Shown: piece by piece, positions 19,090-24,311 of the stretch
Layout: each line of letters opens with the position of its first letter
Position numbering within the stretch: the first letter of the stretch is position 1
Assembly: GCA_030141605.1 (NCBI GenBank)
Contig: JAQGDQ010001819.1
Location: forward strand, 1-24,311
Origin: Tubiluchus corallicola
Lineage: Eukaryota > Animalia > Priapulida
Direction: 5' to 3'
Length of the DNA stretch: 24,311 nucleotides
Notes under the pieces: model-generated
What the model was told of the DNA's origin: nothing
The model's database searches: none
What the model saw: only the letters and a program-made list of their open reading frames with translations
Position numbers and translations under genes: made by a program

Positions 19090-21692
19090 CTTTGCTTATA
19101 ACTTCAAACAGACCCCTTTTTATAAAGATATTGACTCCTTTTGAAGACAAATAGATACTTATAAACGACGCATTTCAATATTGACTAAACTTGCCCAATC
19201 AGCAATACGACTCTCTGATTATTATACAATAGCCGCCTCCGCTTACCGCTGTATAGACATAATACTTAGATAATACAGGCCAATTAATGTGAAACGCATA
19301 GCCTTATTGTTTGCAAAAGATCGTCGCGATAATGACAAACTAGGCGCCCAAAAATGTCTATAAAATATTCCCATCATACGTAGTATACTTAACTCAAGAA
19401 TTATATGTACACAGAGTGCATTGCTGGGCTGATTAGCGTGTAGCACAAGAATTTTCCAGGGCATTCTGACCAATTTTCCATACCTAAAAATTATATTGCT
19501 TCCCACGCCAGCAGCCTATAATATCTGCCATTAATAATCTTTCCATTATAGTATCAAATAAATTAAAACCAACTCTTTATTTGGAGATATGTAGATGCCA
19601 TGGAAAATATTGTTTTAATAAAGGCCAGCCGTAGGAGCACTTGTTTATTTAGAAAAACATTAAAATTTCCCTGTAGAAATTATATATATATTCAGCTCTA
19701 CTCAGTGTTATTAGAAAGCTGAGCTTTCTCGAAAATATTATTGAAGGCAGGGTTCTTTGACCACTAGCTGTTGTAATGTGGTTTGCACTGTTTGGCATTA
19801 TTATAGTTTTTGTTGTCTAGGGGAATGACTTGTGTGCACCACAGTACATTAACCTCACTATAGTAATAGTGTAGGTGTGAAGTTTGGGTTCATCTCTGCA
19901 TAGTGTGTACCAAATTGGATTACACTGAACCAGTGGAAAGAAAATGCAAATAAAGAAATTAAGTTTAACCAGTTTATTTTCTGATCATAAATCAGATACA
20001 ATAGTAGGAGTAAACATTTCAATACAAGTTGATGTCTTCAACTTTATTATTTAGAGCAAACTTCAATTTGCTTGTTGAAAATGACGCATTGTTAATTTAA
20101 GGTTGCATCATTCTATTTCAGAATGCAGTGGGCGGTTCAATTTGTCAGATAAATATCTGTACTTCTTTGCCTCAATTTAGTCACAAGTTCATGTGACTAT
20201 GGCAATTTGAGTTATTTCATCCTTCAACTTGGAAGTTTGAGTTTTAATTTCTCACCTTTACTTCAGGTTTTTGTTTTCTCTGCTTTTATCTCAGCAGGGT
20301 TTTTGTTTTCTCTGCTTTTGTCACAGCAATGCAAAAAGGCATTGATCACGGCTAAAACACTTACAGTTACAATGTAAATCTTCCTGTTGAAATAAAGTGC
20401 GTGGAGACTATCCATGCCTGTGTGTCCAACCACTACGAGTTAATAACTTGTCACAAGTAGGACAACGTGGTTTTTTCGAAAATTAGTAAGTTTTTCTCGG
20501 GATCCCATATCCTGACACTAGGAGCTCAGCACCAGCCGGATGGGTTGGGTGGTTGTGGATGGTATCTGGAGATATTTGTCCTGAGTTTACAAAGCATATC
20601 AGTTTGTCTACAAATATTTTGAATTCGTTGTCTGCTATGCCATGCACAAAATTACTTGTTGTATTTTGCAAAATTCCACAAACGTATACCATTAAAAAAG
20701 GTGAATATATACATCGTGTTTTGTACTCTTAGCGTCTAAGTCTGTTCAGTATAGAGACCCAAAGTCAAAAGCGAATAATAATGTTTGGCACGCATTGAGT
20801 CATAGACTTCTATAGTACTCCCACGGTGATTATGCGTGACATGACAATATGGTAAAGTTTTATCAAACTGTGATAACTCTCCCGACTCCTGTTGTAAACG
20901 TATAATGTTACTGTCTGTGTCTCTTTGTGACATAGCTGTTATTCAAAGTACGAATTTCTTCTTGGCGCCTGCGTTCCAAGTTACATAACATTGTTAGTTG
21001 TGAACCAGATGTAGGTATATATGCCTGGAGCGACAGCAGTGGGCGCAAAAAACTAGACTCCTTTTTAAAACTAAGTGGAAAATGTCATTTTTTGGAACGT
21101 ATTATAACAAATCTTCCTTTTTCCATTGTCACTTTTTTCCTGTGATTTGTTCCCGCAAATTTTTTCGGTAACTTTTTTCTGTGAGTTTATTACCGATCAC
21201 TGTTTAGAATACTTTTATTTGTCCAAAGCTGCAAAATTCGTCTTAAAGCACAAGAAACCATTTTGCTTGCACAAAGCTAATAAGTGCATTTTGAAATTAT
21301 GTACCTTCTTGTGAAACAAATGCAGGCAACAACGATTAAACCTTGGATAGATTTTTACTGCGCTAGTAGCACAGGCGTTTGACTGGGATTTTTTTTATTG
21401 AACTTTGGGAGGAAAATTGCCTTTTCTTCGTCGTTTAAGAATTGATATTATCACACCAAGAAGCAAAAAAATTCTGGCTGCAGTAAACGATTTGTCCCAG
21501 TCACAACAGCTAGCATAGAGGTATTCGCGGCAACCTAACACCAAACAGATGGTCGGTGGTCAGTGGCCGACATTTGCTCTCCGATTTTGATAAATTGGGC
21601 GATTATGAACAGGCGTCATAAAACTAATGACCCATGTGTGCAAACAAAATATTAGGGGACCGCTGATATAAGATCCACGTGAACCTCTGCCA

Positions 21693-21845
<153 letters not shown>

Positions 21846-22283
21846 AAAAGAAGGGAGAATTAAAAATGTTGTAATTTCAGGATAATATTGCATATATATT
21901 TATATTTGCTTCAGTGAAATTATCTGTATTTTTATTATAATTGTCAGATGCAGAGTAGAAATAAATAAATTTAACTTAACTTAACTAGTTCATCTCTTAT
22001 CATTCTTTCTCATGGTTTTGCGCAAGACGTCTTACTGGAAGGCAAGCGGAGGCGCAAGCTGGAGAGCTTTCAGATGGGAAGCCTGATGTATCACTCATTT
22101 GGCAGCTGCAACTGACAGCTATCATAAACTTCTACAAATTGGCCGCAGATCACTTTATCTGTCAATTTAATGATTCTCTATCAAATTTAACACTTTGAAA
22201 ACCAGCAGTTTTAACTGTCTGTCTCCTTTTTTTTGTAAATACTTTTTAGTTCATGTCGCTTTGGAACTTATGCTCATGGTAGC

Positions 22284-22513
22284 CAGTGGCGTAGCTATTA
22301 GGGGGTAACAGGGAGAGCAAGCCGCTCCCCCTAGCAGATTTTTTTCCAAACTGACGGCTTTTCAACAATATTTTTAGTCTTTATCATCATCATACGCCCG
22401 TCACGTCTATTGTAGACATTGGGCAGGCAGAATTTTAAAATAAAAGAAATCTGCCTTCAGACAGGTAAACGCAGCAGTAATCCAGCAAAAAACTAGACAC
22501 TGCTACGCCAGTG
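22284..22513. mobile_element. MITE with CAGTGGCGTAGC-type TIRs (hAT-like)
   Basis: CAGTGGCGTAGC ... GCTACGCCAGTG (11/12 inverted match); no TSD recognised. Confidence 0.6.
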
Positions 22514-22858
22514 ACTTGTCAGCACCACTTCCATTAACTTTAGTCTTTAGTTCACTTGTGAATATTTTTTTAAAGGTATGGCGTTGAATTGAACCAAAGA
22601 TCAAATTGCACAAAATCTAATAATATAATTGCACTGTTGTCACACGATTGGTCCAGTAGTAGGCCTGCTGTCAATTATATAAAAGTAATGAATATGCCTG
22701 TTATTTGCATGTACAGATGAAATTGCATCTTTCTCGTGTTTTCATTCTAAACACACAACTAAAATGTATAATCAGTGCGTTAATCACATAGCTTTTTTAT
22801 GCGCTTGCACCTAAATTTGCGCCTAAATTTAGAGACTGGCTATGCTGTAGCCTTTTCC

Positions 22859-23467
22859 TTAACTCCTTAGAGCGTGACGATTTTTTACAACCGATTTTGG
22901 TACCGGGGAGGGGTAAAAAATTACCCCCACCATAATTCGTAAATTACTTTTGCTAAACTGCCGTGTTTCATTAGTAAACAGCAATAGCATAATTTGTGGT
23001 TATGCTGACCACCATATGATACATTATACCTCTGCTTAAAGACATGTGACTTACTAGTAATACGAAATTTAAATTCACTTAGTTACGTTCCCTTGTCTAT
23101 GCTGGAATAACTGTAGACAGGGACATTGCTAGCGCGTGTGCAAAAATCATTGTTATTTTGAATTTATTGTCTACTACTTTCTTCTTATTCACATATTCTT
23201 GCATTGCTTGCCCGTTTGCCACATCTGAAGATGATGAGGTAGACAAGCGAAGTAAAGTTTCGGCAATTTTCTACATATTGCATTTTCACTTTTATTTCGT
23301 GGTGAGACAATGCACCTAAAGTAAATAACTGAAAGTATTTTGTGCACAAAACATATTTAGAAAAAGTCATAGAAAAGGTTTACTGGGATGCATATGGTAA
23401 AAGGGTAAAATGCAAAAAACCGGTCTGGGGGGAATTGTTTACCCCCTGGTGAGCCTATAAGGGTTAA
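22859..23467. mobile_element. Non-autonomous piggyBac-like element
   Basis: TTAA at both ends, right end AAGGG-TTAA, and imperfect subterminal inverted repeats (GGGGTAAAAAATTACCCC versus GGGGAATTGTTTACCCCC). The left TIR is degenerate. Confidence 0.45.
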
Positions 23468-24165
23468 TTTAATTAGTTTTTTTAGCATTTCGGTCTTTCC
23501 GCTGTTGCGTTGCGGTGGAGAAATATTTGATTAGAAAACAGTTGCAGTACATTAGATGACATAATCAGTATCCTGTATAAAATGTCAGTGAAAATAATTC
23601 AACACTGACTAGCGAACAGACTTCCCTACAAAATGTCATTCAGAGTAACCGTTGAATAACATTTTGAATATGCGCGCGCATTTAACACTAATCTACTGTC
23701 ATGGCAGAGTCTGCGGATAATTGCTCAGAATTTCTATTTTGTGAAATTATTAGGTCTTTGGCAACTCGCATAGCTTAACAAGAGTATAATTATAGAGAAA
23801 TAGGTACCGGTACTTCCCTGTATTGGCAGGGTCCGCATTTCCATTGGCTATTGAGCTGTACTGACGACTAAATAACAATGCATAAGTAAGTCTAGTTTCT
23901 GATGCTGACATATTAATACATTTCGTTACCTGCGCCTTCAATTACACATGACCAGAAACGTATCTTGTGGAAATTCATAACTAGAGCGAGCAACAGAGAT
24001 TTTTACTAAACACAACCTACTTGTGTATTGACACACGTTGAATTAGTCTAAATCTGATCAGCATGCCAGTCATTGAAAAAAGTAGACAAGGCCCTCTTTG
24101 CAAACAGCCGGTCAGTAATGGTGCCAAACTAAACAGCCAAAGAGGATAAAAACTTACTATACGGT

Positions 24166-24210
24166 CAGCTAATCTGCTAATCAGCTAATCTGCTAATCAG
24201 CTAATCTGCT
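24166..24210. repeat. 8-bp tandem repeat C(A/T)GCTAAT, about 5.5 copies
   Basis: Seen directly. Confidence 0.9.
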
Positions 24211-24311
24211 GTAATGACTCCCCTTTCTTGCTGATCAGATACTTCACAGAATAAAGCCTTCTTTGTTTACCCAAGTGTTTTACTAATGACTTCTGTCTGT
24301 CTGCACACTAA

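Noticed and set aside
20330-21000. Degenerate piggyBac-like transposase C-terminus on the minus strand
   Set aside because: Only vague Cys/His spacing with many stops; no diagnostic motif could be confirmed by eye.
23995-24311. Possible LTR at the window end (short repeats, AATAAA)
   Set aside because: No PBS, PPT, defined termini or second copy within the window.

Overview
AT-rich metazoan DNA, probably arthropod (inferred from the H2B N-terminus, the tRNA-His primer site, TCAGTT initiators and a MADF/BESS Harbinger). There is no intact conventional host gene. Bases 1-19,100 are a deleted, partly tandem-duplicated mosaic of a large virus-like or retroelement gene cassette. It holds Ty3/gypsy pol fragments (RT, RNase H), two copies of a spliced baculovirus-F/errantivirus-type env gene, and an LTR with a tRNA-His PBS. 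It also holds a run of compact minus-strand genes: seven copies or fragments of an unknown two-exon family ('family A'), a putative K-D-K-E cap 2'-O-methyltransferase missed by the ORF track, a miniature nuclear receptor, a diverged Epac-type RasGEF domain and several orphan ORFs. Deleted Harbinger and Sola-like DNA transposon pieces and an orphan histone H2B pseudogene are interspersed. Bases 19,600-24,311 look like ordinary repeat-rich non-coding DNA (a (TC)n tract, MITEs). All homology calls come from manual translation and recalled motifs; no database searches were run.
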